Shown: in pieces, positions 1 to 9,473 of the stretch | Layout of the letters: the number at the start of each line of letters is the position of its first letter | Numbering within the stretch: the stretch's first letter is position 1 | NCBI GenBank assembly: GCA_964447075.1 | Contig: CAYUQY010000004.1 | Coordinates: 3,760 to 67,759, forward strand | Source of the DNA: an uncultured Pseudomonadales bacterium | GTDB taxonomy: Bacteria > Patescibacteriota > Microgenomatia > UBA1400 > PJMF01 | Length of the DNA stretch: 64,000 nucleotides | Reading direction: 5' to 3' | Notes under the pieces: model-generated | Databases searched by the model: none | Told to the model about the DNA's origin: nothing | What the model saw: only the letters and a program-made list of their open reading frames with translations | Position numbers and translations under genes: made by a program

Positions 1-971
1 TCTCTAAAAGATAGTGTATCTGAGAGCTCTTGAACAAGATGCCTGTCATTGACCAGTTTTTTCACTCCGTATTGTTTTCTTTTCTGCAAAATATACTTAA
101 TGTTCTTTATAACATCAATATATGATCTCAACTTTAGCACAAACCATCCACCAGCTATTGAATAAAAAAGAATAGACAACTCTGTCAGTAAAAATATTAA
201 TGCGAGCTTTAGCAAAGTCGTTTTTTCGTACATTTTTAATATGGATAACAATCTATTTCTTTCTATTAAGTAGAATTTCATTTTGTTTTTTGAAAAAGAA
301 TATTTATGTTTTACTATTGCATCTGGGACAAGAAAATGGTGGTATCCGAAAGCTAGTCCTCGAAAAGAGTAATCCTGATCCTCAGAATACATAAAAAACT
401 TCTCATCAAAATTTCCAACTAGTTTATAATAATGGCGAGGAACTAACATAGCTGCTCCAGAAACACTTCTAATTTCTTTATTAACAGTGAAATTCTCCGC
501 TTTTTCATTATAGCCACCGCAGTAGCCAAATCCTAAATAATGGAGTTCATTCCCAGCGGAATTTACTAGATGTGGACTCTTTTTGTGAACAATAAGTGGT
601 TGAATCAATCCCAATGATGATTTATATCGTTTGTATAACTTGCTATAACCCTTTAACAATGCAGAAATGGAATTCTTTCCTAAGATAGTGTCTGGGTTCA
701 GAACTAAGCAAAGGTCATTGTTTTGCATAAATACGTGAGCCATACCAATATTTGCAGCAGCAGCAAATCCAATATTGTTCTTAGGAAGAAAACAAACATT
801 TTTACAATGACTAAATTTAGTTATAAAGTCTTTAGTCAAATCTGTTGATCCACTGTCAATAAAAGTAATTAGCTCCAGTTTAGTCTTTTGTTGTTTTATT
901 GAACGAATAAGATCAGGCATGTCAGATTCATTGTTATGCGTAATAATAACTAATCCAATTCTTTTTTTCAT
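1..971 (-). CDS. Family 2 glycosyltransferase (GT2); partial, C-terminus runs off the window start
   Basis: Manual translation of the reverse strand from ATG (complement of 969-971) gives an uninterrupted ORF to position 1: MKKRIGLVIITHNNESDMPDLIRS...FIDSGSTD...YSEDQDYSFRG. These are the typical GT2 N-terminal motifs and an ED/DxD-like motif. It is missing from the ORF track because no stop lies inside the window. Confidence 0.75.
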   Translation of the reverse strand, partial: MKKRIGLVIITHNNESDMPDLIRSIKQQKTKLELITFIDSGSTDLTKDFITKFSHCKNVCFLPKNNIGFAAAANIGMAHVFMQNNDLCLVLNPDTILGKNSISALLKGYSKLYKRYKSSLGLIQPLIVHKKSPHLVNSAGNELHYLGFGYCGGYNEKAENFTVNKEIRSVSGAAMLVPRHYYKLVGNFDEKFFMYSEDQDYSFRGLAFGYHHFLVPDAIVKHKYSFSKNKMKFYLIERNRLLSILKMYEKTTLLKLALIFLLTELSILFYSIAGGWFVLKLRSYIDVIKNIKYILQKRKQYGVKKLVNDRHLVQELSDTLSFR

Positions 972-989
972 TCACTTAAGCCTTTCAAG

Positions 990-2735
990 CTATCTTACTT
1001 CATAAAGATGTTCATTACTTATGGTATATTCCTTTTGTTTAGAAAAGGAATAATTTACATCTCCCAAATCAAACACAAATTGAGATCTAGAATCTATGCT
1101 TTCTCCTGAGAGAGTCGCACCCTTTCCCACAACTAGATAGCTGACATTATAGACATCCAAGTAAAATGTCACATAAAAAAGTGTCAGAAGATCATTCCCA
1201 ACGAGAGTGATGTGACTGTCAGTCTTGTTCTGCTGCAACAATATTAATCTTGCTTCTTTAGCGATAGTCTGTAATTCATTTGTTTCTTTTCCTAAATTGA
1301 CAAAATCTCCTGTCACTACTGAGTTGGAGAAATAAATAGAAAATGGCAAATAAAAAACAAAGTATATTTGTAACGCCCACTTTCGTAGCCAAATGAATGA
1401 GAATAAAAATATAGAAAGAGTTTGTAGTATCAAAAAATAATGCAAATGTTCTCTTACGGCAGTAAAGCCTCTCAGTTCGGGTGAATCAATACCACCAATA
1501 ACAATTTTATTCATGCTATACCAAAGAAAGAACGCCGGGGCAAATGAAAACAAGATGAATAGATAACTATTCTTAGCCCTTTTTGAAAATAATTCATTGC
1601 TGTTTAAATTATTCAACATTATCATTGCTACTATATAAAAAGATGGAAAGATGAAGCTATAGTACCTAAAATGCAACCTCCCCAATGCCTGGCTAGGATC
1701 TGTGTGAGAGACAATAACTGTAAACAAAGAAACGACTAATATCAAAGAAAATGTAAATAGTGAAATAAGAAACAAAAATGACTGACGCTCTTCTTCTTTA
1801 TTTGTGACTACATATTGACTTTTAACTCCAATATAGAATGAAAGATGTGTCCAAAATGTGTAAATGAGATACAAAACAGGTAAGCCAAATATCGATACTA
1901 AAGTGAAGACATGGTTAGAAAGTACTAGAAAAAAAGATGATAAAAGGATAAGACCCTGTTGCTGAATTCTGCTCAAGAATAAACTTGGAATTACATTATA
2001 AATACCAGCAGCACCAGTATTTGTTACAGTGTAAGTATCAATTGTTAGCATGCGCAGAATTAGATAAGAAGAAATAATTAGCGCTACAAAAAATAACATT
2101 TTTTTAATCAGCTGCCTTTTTGAACTCATTTGCCTAAAATAGGCAGAACCTACAAAATACAATAAAGGTGGGATAATTATAAGCGCATGTATTTTTACTA
2201 ATAACAATAGCGCCAATACAATGCTAGAAAATAATAAATATTTGAATGATGTGCTTTTTGCAAAGGAAACTAATAATAAGACTAGAAACCAAAACAAACC
2301 GAAGTACATTGATTCTGGCATGAAAAATGCAGAATACCAATTTTGTGGAGAATAAAAAGTCAGAAACGCAACAACTAGAGATTGCACAGGTCCAACATAT
2401 CTCTTGGCAATGAGATATACGCACGTCACGCCACTAGCAAAAAATAATAAATTTAGTAACCTCGAGCAATCATAATAGTCATCACCACAAAGATTAATAA
2501 TCTTATAGAATCTTGAGTAAGCAAATGAAGGAATAATGAATCCTTCTATACCAGATTTTCTCACAAGTGCTGAATACTCTACCTCATCACCGAGCACAAA
2601 AACATTTAAACCCTGTTGCCTCTGAAAGAATATTTGCACAGAAAAGATTAAAAAGAAAATGAGGATTACAAGAGTAATGCGTGATACGTATTTATTATAG
2701 AAATTATTAATTATATTAAGAGAATTTTTTTGCAT
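990..2735 (-). CDS. Polytopic membrane glycosyltransferase-like protein resembling the GT-C fold (ArnT/PMT-like; divergent)
   Basis: 581 aa and highly hydrophobic with many predicted TM helices. The first loop after TM1 carries GDEVEY, an acidic DE motif like the other ArnT/PMT-like paralogues here. It sits in an operon with the downstream GT2. Confidence 0.5.
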   Translation of the reverse strand: MQKNSLNIINNFYNKYVSRITLVILIFFLIFSVQIFFQRQQGLNVFVLGDEVEYSALVRKSGIEGFIIPSFAYSRFYKIINLCGDDYYDCSRLLNLLFFASGVTCVYLIAKRYVGPVQSLVVAFLTFYSPQNWYSAFFMPESMYFGLFWFLVLLLVSFAKSTSFKYLLFSSIVLALLLLVKIHALIIIPPLLYFVGSAYFRQMSSKRQLIKKMLFFVALIISSYLILRMLTIDTYTVTNTGAAGIYNVIPSLFLSRIQQQGLILLSSFFLVLSNHVFTLVSIFGLPVLYLIYTFWTHLSFYIGVKSQYVVTNKEEERQSFLFLISLFTFSLILVVSLFTVIVSHTDPSQALGRLHFRYYSFIFPSFYIVAMIMLNNLNSNELFSKRAKNSYLFILFSFAPAFFLWYSMNKIVIGGIDSPELRGFTAVREHLHYFLILQTLSIFLFSFIWLRKWALQIYFVFYLPFSIYFSNSVVTGDFVNLGKETNELQTIAKEARLILLQQNKTDSHITLVGNDLLTLFYVTFYLDVYNVSYLVVGKGATLSGESIDSRSQFVFDLGDVNYSFSKQKEYTISNEHLYEVR

Positions 2736-2753
2736 GGAATGTATTTAGTAAAA

Positions 2754-3875
2754 CTAGTAGAACAATCTATTTATCATCTTTTTATAAACTCCCCATAATT
2801 TATACCATCTCATGTTTTCAATTTGTTTCATTTCTTTTAAAATTTGTATGTATGAAGACTCTACTTGAGAATAGCTCCCCTGCAAATGCAGAGCCCAACT
2901 TTCCAATTTTTTATAAGTTTTTTTAATTTTAATTATTTCCGATACTTTTTGCTTGGTTACAATAATGCTTTTCTTATAGTCCTTAATTAGCTTGCTGTAT
3001 TTTTCTTCAAAGTTTTCACTGTATACTTTCAGATTAGTACTTCTTTTTGTGTCTGTGTCCTGTGAAATTTGATTTGATAATGCCAGAAAATAAGCAGCTA
3101 AACCTAATCTGAGATCCAGACCTTTAATATATCTAGTATTCCAAGCAGCATTATCCATCCTTGGCAAAGTTTTAAAGCTACATATAGCAACAAAAAAATC
3201 ACTTTGCTGTGCATTGATTTTCACTCCAGATTGTGTGCAAAATTCACAAGTAATTTTTTTGCCAAAGAAGTTAACAATTTTGCTGCTACTTATACCCTTA
3301 CTGCTACCAATACTTGATTGAAGTGTAAAGTTTTGTACATAAACATTAACAATTGGAAAGAATTTCCTTAACAAAGCGACAAATTCATCATAAGAATATT
3401 CTTTTACGTGAAAAGGATTCCCAGAAGGATATAGAGCTTTATTTGGAGTTGAGACTACAAAAACTCCGTCCTTATTTAACACCTCTTTTACTTCTTGTAA
3501 AAAAACATCAGGTCTTTCTAAATGCTCAATAAGTTCAAATGCAGTAACAACATCAACTTTTTTATTTTCTAAGTGTTTTGACAATTCTTGAACATTGACT
3601 ACACTGAAAGTAGTTTTTTTATTTCTATAGTGTTTTTCTGCATAAGAGATTGCTTGAGAGGAAATATCAAACCCCAGCACCGACTTTGAATTACCAATTT
3701 GGGAAAGTATGTGAGAACCATAACCTACACCACACCCAGCATCTAACACATCCTTATTTTTTACAATAGTACTAGCAAACATATATCTGATAATATGCTC
3801 AAAGTACATTGCCTCATCAGTAACCATTTTCGGGATAATGCGTTCACCAGTAAATATAATTTCTTCGCTTATCAT
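2754..3875 (-). CDS. Class I SAM-dependent methyltransferase with a long C-terminal Lys-rich coiled-coil-like tail
   Basis: Motif I VLDAGCGVGYGS (GxGxG) and FELIEHL. The C-terminal ~150 aa are K/E-rich heptad-like sequence (KLIKDYKKSIIVTKQKVSEIIKIKKTYKKLESW...). Confidence 0.7.
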   Translation of the reverse strand: MISEEIIFTGERIIPKMVTDEAMYFEHIIRYMFASTIVKNKDVLDAGCGVGYGSHILSQIGNSKSVLGFDISSQAISYAEKHYRNKKTTFSVVNVQELSKHLENKKVDVVTAFELIEHLERPDVFLQEVKEVLNKDGVFVVSTPNKALYPSGNPFHVKEYSYDEFVALLRKFFPIVNVYVQNFTLQSSIGSSKGISSSKIVNFFGKKITCEFCTQSGVKINAQQSDFFVAICSFKTLPRMDNAAWNTRYIKGLDLRLGLAAYFLALSNQISQDTDTKRSTNLKVYSENFEEKYSKLIKDYKKSIIVTKQKVSEIIKIKKTYKKLESWALHLQGSYSQVESSYIQILKEMKQIENMRWYKLWGVYKKMINRLFY

Positions 3876-3956
3876 ACCAAGTATGTCATTTTTGTGATAA
3901 TATCAGTCAAACCTAATTTGGGCTAGTGTCAGACTCCCAATCAGTAGACCTTATTT

Positions 3957-4136
3957 ATGAACTCAACTCAAGATAGAGAACTACGCTGTCTCCAAGAAAA
4001 ATCAGATGAAGTAGATGAAGAACTTTCAAAACTTGAGCAGTACTACCAACAGCTAAAAAAAGTACGCGCTGAGGTATTAAATAGTAGAATCTACAACATC
4101 TGGATCAAACTTCCAGTCATTATTCGCCATTTTTAG
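3957..4136 (+). CDS. Hypothetical small protein (59 aa) in a divergent intergenic region
   Basis: ATG at 3957 and TAG at 4134-4136, hand-translated: MNSTQDRELRCLQEKSDEVDEELSKLEQYYQQLKKVRAEVLNSRIYNIWIKLPVIIRHF. It has no recognisable family and no obvious SD, and is below the ORF-track length cutoff. Confidence 0.2.
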   Translation: MNSTQDRELRCLQEKSDEVDEELSKLEQYYQQLKKVRAEVLNSRIYNIWIKLPVIIRHF

Positions 4137-4194
4137 CTATTTTTTTCAGTAGCTAAATTTCATTTAACCTATAACAGTTGAGATCAGTCATATT

Positions 4195-5574
4195 ATGAAG
4201 GAAAATACAGATTTTTTACTAGATAAGCTCAAGAAAATTGAAAGAACTCTTGAATTACATAAAAAAATTGCTGTAGAGGAAGAATGGTTTTCATCTGTCG
4301 TATCAAAAAAAAGTTTCAGATTGCTGCTAAAATTCGCGCAGTGGATCAAATTCTCGAAAAAACATGATCAGTTAACTACTGCAAGTTTTCAAACTTATAA
4401 CACTAATTGGGAAAGTGACGATCCAATTACATTTCCATTTGTTTCAAAACCTGATGTATCAGTAATCATAGTTGTTTGGAACAAACCAGACCTCACCTGG
4501 TTGTGTCTTAGATCATTAGCGGCAACACAACAATCTAACACCTCATTTGAGGTTGTACTAGTTGACAATTTCTCCAATGATTCCACAAGAAAAATGTTGC
4601 ACAAGGTAAAGAATATTCGTGTCATCCAGAATCAGAAGAATGTCGGTTTTCTGAAAGCTTGTAACCAAGCAGCTGCAAAAATAAAAGGTGAGTTTATTTA
4701 TTTACTCAACAATGATGCTGAGGTACAGAATGCAACTATTTCAGAGCTGCATCATTCATGCCTAAATTCGAACATAGGCGCTGCAGGATCAAAAATCATA
4801 CTTTCTTCTGGATTACTGCAAGAAGCAGGGAGCATTATCTTCCGTGATGGATCAGCACTTGGATATGGTAGAAATGAATATCCTGATGCAGATGAATTTA
4901 ATTTTACGAGAGTAGTTGACTTTTGTAGCGGTGCATCACTTATGATTAAAGCAAGTCTCTGGAAAAAAATAGGTGGTTTCGACAAAATATTTAATCCTGC
5001 GTATTATGAAGAAACCGATCTATGTATGCAACTACGAAACCTCGGATTTAGTATTCAGTACGTACCCCAGTCTCAAATCATTCACAGAGAATATTCATCA
5101 AGCAATGCAACACAAGCAATGGAGTTAATGAAAATAAACAGAAAAAAGTTTGCTCAAAAATGGTCCAAACAACTGATTGCTCATTTTGAACCCTCTACGA
5201 GTATGAAATCTGTCCTTTTTTCAAGAGATGCATATCGTAGGCCCGGATGCCTCATTGCAGTAAGCAACTTGGCAGAATTAGAAGCTGTTTTGTACAAAAC
5301 CAAACACATAGGCACATTCTCAAAAATTAGTGTAAAGTATCAACTTTCCTTCTTTATTCAACAGATATCTATGCAACATTTTTCTAACATACGTGAAAAA
5401 TTCGGTAGAGTATCAATTGAATGCATTTCTCCTGAAAAAACAATTACAGAGCTACTAAAATCTCGTGATGGTTTTTACCAGCATCTTGTTATCACGCCTT
5501 ATTTTGCACACACGAACAAGATATCAAGATTGATTGCTCTCTTGAAGAATCAACCTCAAATAAGTATTTGTTGA
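4195..5574 (+). CDS. Family 2 glycosyltransferase (rhamnosyltransferase-like) with N- and C-terminal extensions
   Basis: VSVIIVVWNKPDLTWLCLRSL, VVLVDNFSNDST, YLLNNDAEV, DFCSGASLMIK and GGFDKIFNPAYYEETDLCMQL are canonical GT2 motifs. About 150 aa at the C-terminus have no recognisable motif. Confidence 0.8.
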   Translation: MKENTDFLLDKLKKIERTLELHKKIAVEEEWFSSVVSKKSFRLLLKFAQWIKFSKKHDQLTTASFQTYNTNWESDDPITFPFVSKPDVSVIIVVWNKPDLTWLCLRSLAATQQSNTSFEVVLVDNFSNDSTRKMLHKVKNIRVIQNQKNVGFLKACNQAAAKIKGEFIYLLNNDAEVQNATISELHHSCLNSNIGAAGSKIILSSGLLQEAGSIIFRDGSALGYGRNEYPDADEFNFTRVVDFCSGASLMIKASLWKKIGGFDKIFNPAYYEETDLCMQLRNLGFSIQYVPQSQIIHREYSSSNATQAMELMKINRKKFAQKWSKQLIAHFEPSTSMKSVLFSRDAYRRPGCLIAVSNLAELEAVLYKTKHIGTFSKISVKYQLSFFIQQISMQHFSNIREKFGRVSIECISPEKTITELLKSRDGFYQHLVITPYFAHTNKISRLIALLKNQPQISIC

Positions 5575-5582
5575 TATAGCAT

Positions 5583-6923
5583 ATGAAAAAAATCTTACTC
5601 GTTGGACTTTCTCCACTGCCCATTCAAGACAGCCAATACAACCATGCTGGGGGAATACGAACATGGCTTTTTATCCAAAAAATCATTAAGATTTTCCCAG
5701 CATACCAACTGGATGTCCATCTTCTTCATGCTAATACTTTTGATAGCTCACCCTTTCAACCCACCTTTGATATGGGTCTCAAAAATATCACTATTCATAC
5801 AGCATCTGAAAATGCTTTTCACAAAGGATACCTTAAGCAAGTTCTCAGTAGACAACAATACGATGCTGTTATTAGTATAAATACTTACCCAAGTTACTTC
5901 ATGAGTTTAGAAGAACCTGCACAACCATGGTGGGCAGATTTGCAAGGTGATCCAGTTGCTGAGGGTCAGTGTAAATCATTTGCTGATTCCGACAACAATC
6001 ATTACATCAACGCAGTAGAAATGACCAAGTCTATTCTATCTCATGCAGATTATTTTTCATCTTGTTCTTATAGACAAAAACTAAGTATTATAGGACAACT
6101 TGGTATGGTAGGTAAACTTGTAAAAGAAAATGAAGGCATAGATCTTGTCTCTTCAATACCTTTGGCTGTCCCACCAGCTCCTCTAAACACTTACGCTAAA
6201 AATTCACGCTTTTTCCGTATTATTTGGATAGGTGGATACAACACTTGGGCGGACGGTTCAACACTTTTTAATGCGCTGTATTTTGCTTTCCAAGCAAGAG
6301 AGAATATTCGATTTATCTCAACTGGTGGCATTATTAAAGGACATAGCGATTATGTTTATAGTAATTTTCTGCAGGCAGTTCAAGATAGTGAGTACGCAAA
6401 TAGGTGCGAGTTAAAAGGGTATGTGGACAACGAAGAACTTGATCAGCTTTTGTTTACTTCTCACCTTGGTCTAAACATTGACCGCTTTAGTTATGAAGGC
6501 TATCTTGGTGGCAGAAACAGAATCAATACATTCACACACTACGGTCTACCAACCATTACCACAGCAACTTCAGAAATTCCACATGAGCTTGAAAAAATTG
6601 ACGCGGTAATGACATATCCCGCCGGTGATTATCACACGTGTGCACAAAAAATTATTTGGGCAGCAGATCATCCAAACGAAATTTCTGACATGCAGAAGAG
6701 AGCACAAAAATATCTATTAGAAGAAGCATATGCAGAAAAGCACTATCAGGCGTTCTATGAGTGGCTAGAAAACCCTCTCAAAAGCCATACTCTCCCACTT
6801 GACATTAGCGCTTCTGATCCCCCAAATACAAGAATTGACAAGAAACTCATGAGGTCCATATTGAAGTTTGGATACTCCAATGCCTTAAGGGCGTTTATTT
6901 CTGGTAATAGTGCAGAATCATAA
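5583..6923 (+). CDS. GT-B fold glycosyltransferase (GT4-like)
   Basis: The N-terminus MKKILLVGLSPLP...HAGGI looks like a GT-B N-domain. The C-domain ELKGYVDNEELDQLLFTSHLGLNIDRFSYEGYLGGRNRINTFTHYGLPTITTATSEIPHEL fits the GT4 E-x7-E-like region. Only 8 bp separate it from the preceding GT2. Confidence 0.55.
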   Translation: MKKILLVGLSPLPIQDSQYNHAGGIRTWLFIQKIIKIFPAYQLDVHLLHANTFDSSPFQPTFDMGLKNITIHTASENAFHKGYLKQVLSRQQYDAVISINTYPSYFMSLEEPAQPWWADLQGDPVAEGQCKSFADSDNNHYINAVEMTKSILSHADYFSSCSYRQKLSIIGQLGMVGKLVKENEGIDLVSSIPLAVPPAPLNTYAKNSRFFRIIWIGGYNTWADGSTLFNALYFAFQARENIRFISTGGIIKGHSDYVYSNFLQAVQDSEYANRCELKGYVDNEELDQLLFTSHLGLNIDRFSYEGYLGGRNRINTFTHYGLPTITTATSEIPHELEKIDAVMTYPAGDYHTCAQKIIWAADHPNEISDMQKRAQKYLLEEAYAEKHYQAFYEWLENPLKSHTLPLDISASDPPNTRIDKKLMRSILKFGYSNALRAFISGNSAES

Positions 6924-6927
6924 ATAC

Positions 6928-7701
6928 TCACAAAACATCCGCAAATGTACCCTCAGCCTTCCTAAAGAACCATAATCCGCCCACTACCATAGCAATCGCC
7001 ATAACAGCTCCAATTGCCAAACTTGCCCAATTTGGCCAGCCACCTGTAAACAAGACCTGTCTGTAGGCATTAATAAAAACAGCCATGGGGTTTAACCTAA
7101 ATGCAAATCGATACTGTTCTGGGAACATCTCGACTGTGTACATCACAGGAGTCAAGTAAAACCACAAGGTGAGTACCAAGGCGAAGAAGTACTGGACATC
7201 TCGATAGAATAGGTTACAGACAGAGAGTATCAGTGATAAGCCAAAAGTGAAGAGGGTCTGTATCAAGAGAATGGGAATTACTAGTAAGCTGTACTGACTC
7301 AGAGGTACCTGGAACCAGATAAGGAGTGCAAAGAAAGCTATCAAGGATAAGCAAAAATCGAAGAGTTTTGCTAAGAGTGAACTAATAACTAGAATTTCTC
7401 TAGGAAAATAAATTTTCTTGATTAAGCTTGCTCCGTCAACAAGTGAGGACTGAGCGCTATTTATCGAGCTCACAAAAAGAGTCCAAGGTAAAAGGCCGGT
7501 GTAGAGGAAGATTGGAAAGGGCACGCCTATGGCTGGTGACTTGAGAATATAGAGAAAGACAAAACTCATAATCATTATTTGGAAAAATGGGTTCAAGATA
7601 ATCCAAAAATAACCTAAGACTGACTGTTTGTAGCGAGCCTTGATCTCACGGATCGTCAGCTCGATGATCATGAAGTGGTATTTGTGAAAGAGTTGCAGCA
7701 T
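6928..7701 (-). CDS. wzm: ABC-2 type polysaccharide export permease (Wzm/TagG-like)
   Basis: 257 aa with 6 predicted TM helices. The start REIKARYKQSVLGYFWIILNP is typical of ABC-2 permeases. It lies immediately downstream of the Wzt-like ATPase. Confidence 0.8.
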   Translation of the reverse strand: MLQLFHKYHFMIIELTIREIKARYKQSVLGYFWIILNPFFQIMIMSFVFLYILKSPAIGVPFPIFLYTGLLPWTLFVSSINSAQSSLVDGASLIKKIYFPREILVISSLLAKLFDFCLSLIAFFALLIWFQVPLSQYSLLVIPILLIQTLFTFGLSLILSVCNLFYRDVQYFFALVLTLWFYLTPVMYTVEMFPEQYRFAFRLNPMAVFINAYRQVLFTGGWPNWASLAIGAVMAIAMVVGGLWFFRKAEGTFADVL

Positions 7702-7710
7702 AGTAATTAA

Positions 7711-8475
7711 TTAAACCAAGCTAATGTCAGTTAAGTACTGCTTAATAGCCTCATTAGTGACGCCATCGTACTGAAGATGACCTTCCTTAAGATACAAGAC
7801 CCTCGTACAGAACTCTTTCATAGTCTCCATACTGTGTCCCACAAAAATAATAGTCACGCCTTGGTCTCGGAACTCCTTCATTCTCTGTAGGCATTTCTGC
7901 TGAAACTGCAAATCTCCGACTGCCAACATTTCATCGACTAGAAGAATTTCTGGATCTAGTGATACAGCTACTGAGAAAGCCAAGCGCATGTACATACCAG
8001 AAGAATAAAACTTCACAGGTGTGTCCAAGAACTCACCCAGCTCACTAAAATCTACAATTTGTTTATACTTTAGCTTAACTTCATGGCGTGACATGCCCAA
8101 GATACTAGCATTTAGAAATATATTTTCTTGACCAGTGAGCTCGGGATGAAAACCCGCACCCAACTCGATGAGTGGGATCAAGCGTCCGCTGACACTGACT
8201 TTGCCAAAAGTTGGTTGGGAAACACCAGCGATCATCTTGAGAAGTGTTGATTTGCCAGCGCCATTTTTACCGATTACTCCAATGCTCTCTCCTTTGTTAA
8301 TCTGGAAACTAATATCTTTTAGAGCCGTAATGGATTCTCGTGTCTTTTTGCGACTCATCAAGGCTACCAACATTTCTTTAAGAGTCTTTTGGTGTTGAAG
8401 GTAAAAAGACTTAGTTACCTGGTTAAAGCTGATTACTGGAGAAGCTGAATCACTGTCTAACATGGGCATAAGCAT
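7711..8475 (-). CDS. wzt: ABC transporter ATP-binding protein for polysaccharide export (Wzt/TagH-like, short form without a C-terminal carbohydrate-binding domain)
   Basis: Walker A GKNGAGKST, signature YSSGMYMRLAF, Walker B ILLVDEMLAVGD and the H-loop FVGHSM are all present. At 254 aa there is no C-terminal extension. Confidence 0.9.
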   Translation of the reverse strand: MLMPMLDSDSASPVISFNQVTKSFYLQHQKTLKEMLVALMSRKKTRESITALKDISFQINKGESIGVIGKNGAGKSTLLKMIAGVSQPTFGKVSVSGRLIPLIELGAGFHPELTGQENIFLNASILGMSRHEVKLKYKQIVDFSELGEFLDTPVKFYSSGMYMRLAFSVAVSLDPEILLVDEMLAVGDLQFQQKCLQRMKEFRDQGVTIIFVGHSMETMKEFCTRVLYLKEGHLQYDGVTNEAIKQYLTDISLV

Positions 8476-8526
8476 AACACATGGATATCCTGATTTTACT
8501 CAATACTAAGGAGAAATACCTAAAAA

Positions 8527-9453
8527 TCACCCCCTCCTCTGCCCCTGGTACCACCTTGCTACATTCTTCACTCCGTCTTGAAGTGTGACTGTCGGTGTCC
8601 AGCCAAGTATTTTCTTTGCTTTCTGATATGAGAGTGCTGATCGAGCTTGTTCTCCTGGTCTTTCTGGACCGAACTGCTTGGCGCTAGGTGCCCCGAATTC
8701 CGATGCGACGATGTCAAAGACAGCGCTAGTGGATGTCTCTGTGTTGGTGCCGATATTCAACTCACCTACAAAGTCACTCTCAAGTGCTAGAACATTGGCG
8801 CGAACTACATCTTCAATATACACATAGTCTCTAGTATGTGAGCCATCTCCATTGATGACTGGTGACTTACCTGCTGCTAGGTACTCACAGAAGATGGCTA
8901 TCACACCACTTTCGCCATGAGGATTTTGCCTAGGGCCGTAGACATTGGAGTATCTCAAGACTGTGTAAGGAATCTTATACTCTTTGTGATAAAAATAAAG
9001 ATAAAGTTCGCCAGACTTTTTAGAGATGCCGTAGGGTGATAGAGGCTCTTCTCTCATCTCTTCATCGAATGGAACTTGCTTATTGCCGTAGATAACTCCC
9101 CCTGTAGAGGCCATGATGACTTTTTTGAGTCCCAGTGACTTGACAGACTCCATGATGTTGAGAAGTCCAAGAATATTGCTAGTGGCATCGAACTGGGGAT
9201 TCTTGACAGAGTAGCCTACTTGGATGTGAGCGGCGTGATGATTGATAACTTCAGGCTTAAAATCTGAAATAGCTTTCTGAACAGACTCTAGATTGGTAAT
9301 GTCTACCTGAAAAAACTTTGCCTGCGGATTGATGTACTCTGTTTTGCCACTAGAGAGATTATCCATAACCGCTACGGTGTGGCCCAAACTAATATAGGCA
9401 TCGACGATGTGCGAGCCGATAAAGCCAGCTCCACCAGTCACGAGAATTTTCAT
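8527..9453 (-). CDS. NAD-dependent sugar-nucleotide epimerase/dehydratase (GalE-like 4-epimerase family)
   Basis: MKILVTGGAGFIGSH Rossmann motif and the YGISK (YxxxK) catalytic motif. The ORF-track start at 9486 is a TTG. The ATG at 9453 immediately precedes the Rossmann motif and is preferred. Confidence 0.85.
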   Translation of the reverse strand: MKILVTGGAGFIGSHIVDAYISLGHTVAVMDNLSSGKTEYINPQAKFFQVDITNLESVQKAISDFKPEVINHHAAHIQVGYSVKNPQFDATSNILGLLNIMESVKSLGLKKVIMASTGGVIYGNKQVPFDEEMREEPLSPYGISKKSGELYLYFYHKEYKIPYTVLRYSNVYGPRQNPHGESGVIAIFCEYLAAGKSPVINGDGSHTRDYVYIEDVVRANVLALESDFVGELNIGTNTETSTSAVFDIVASEFGAPSAKQFGPERPGEQARSALSYQKAKKILGWTPTVTLQDGVKNVARWYQGQRRG

Positions 9454-9473
9454 GCAGACCTTTCTTGATGAGT

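Noticed and set aside
200-394. 64-aa ORF on the + strand
   Set aside because: It lies entirely inside, and antisense to, the partial GT2 gene at 1..971 (-). It is AT-rich low-complexity sequence with no support.
2224-2424. Small ORFs nested in or antisense to large genes (e.g. 2224-2424, 4395-4625, 4752-4985, 5602-5880, 8168-8398, 9973-10155, 24590-24871, 25343-25636, 32435-33033, 35289-35725, 36012-36351, 38010-38657, 40063-41061, 41799-42290, 44205-44794, 46309-46626, 47258-48352, 50415-50741, 54021-54320, 54849-55545, 56798-57055, 59015-59578, 60926-61162, 61640-61849, 63568-63810)
   Set aside because: All lie inside much longer, motif-supported CDSs on the same or opposite strand. None has a recognisable motif.
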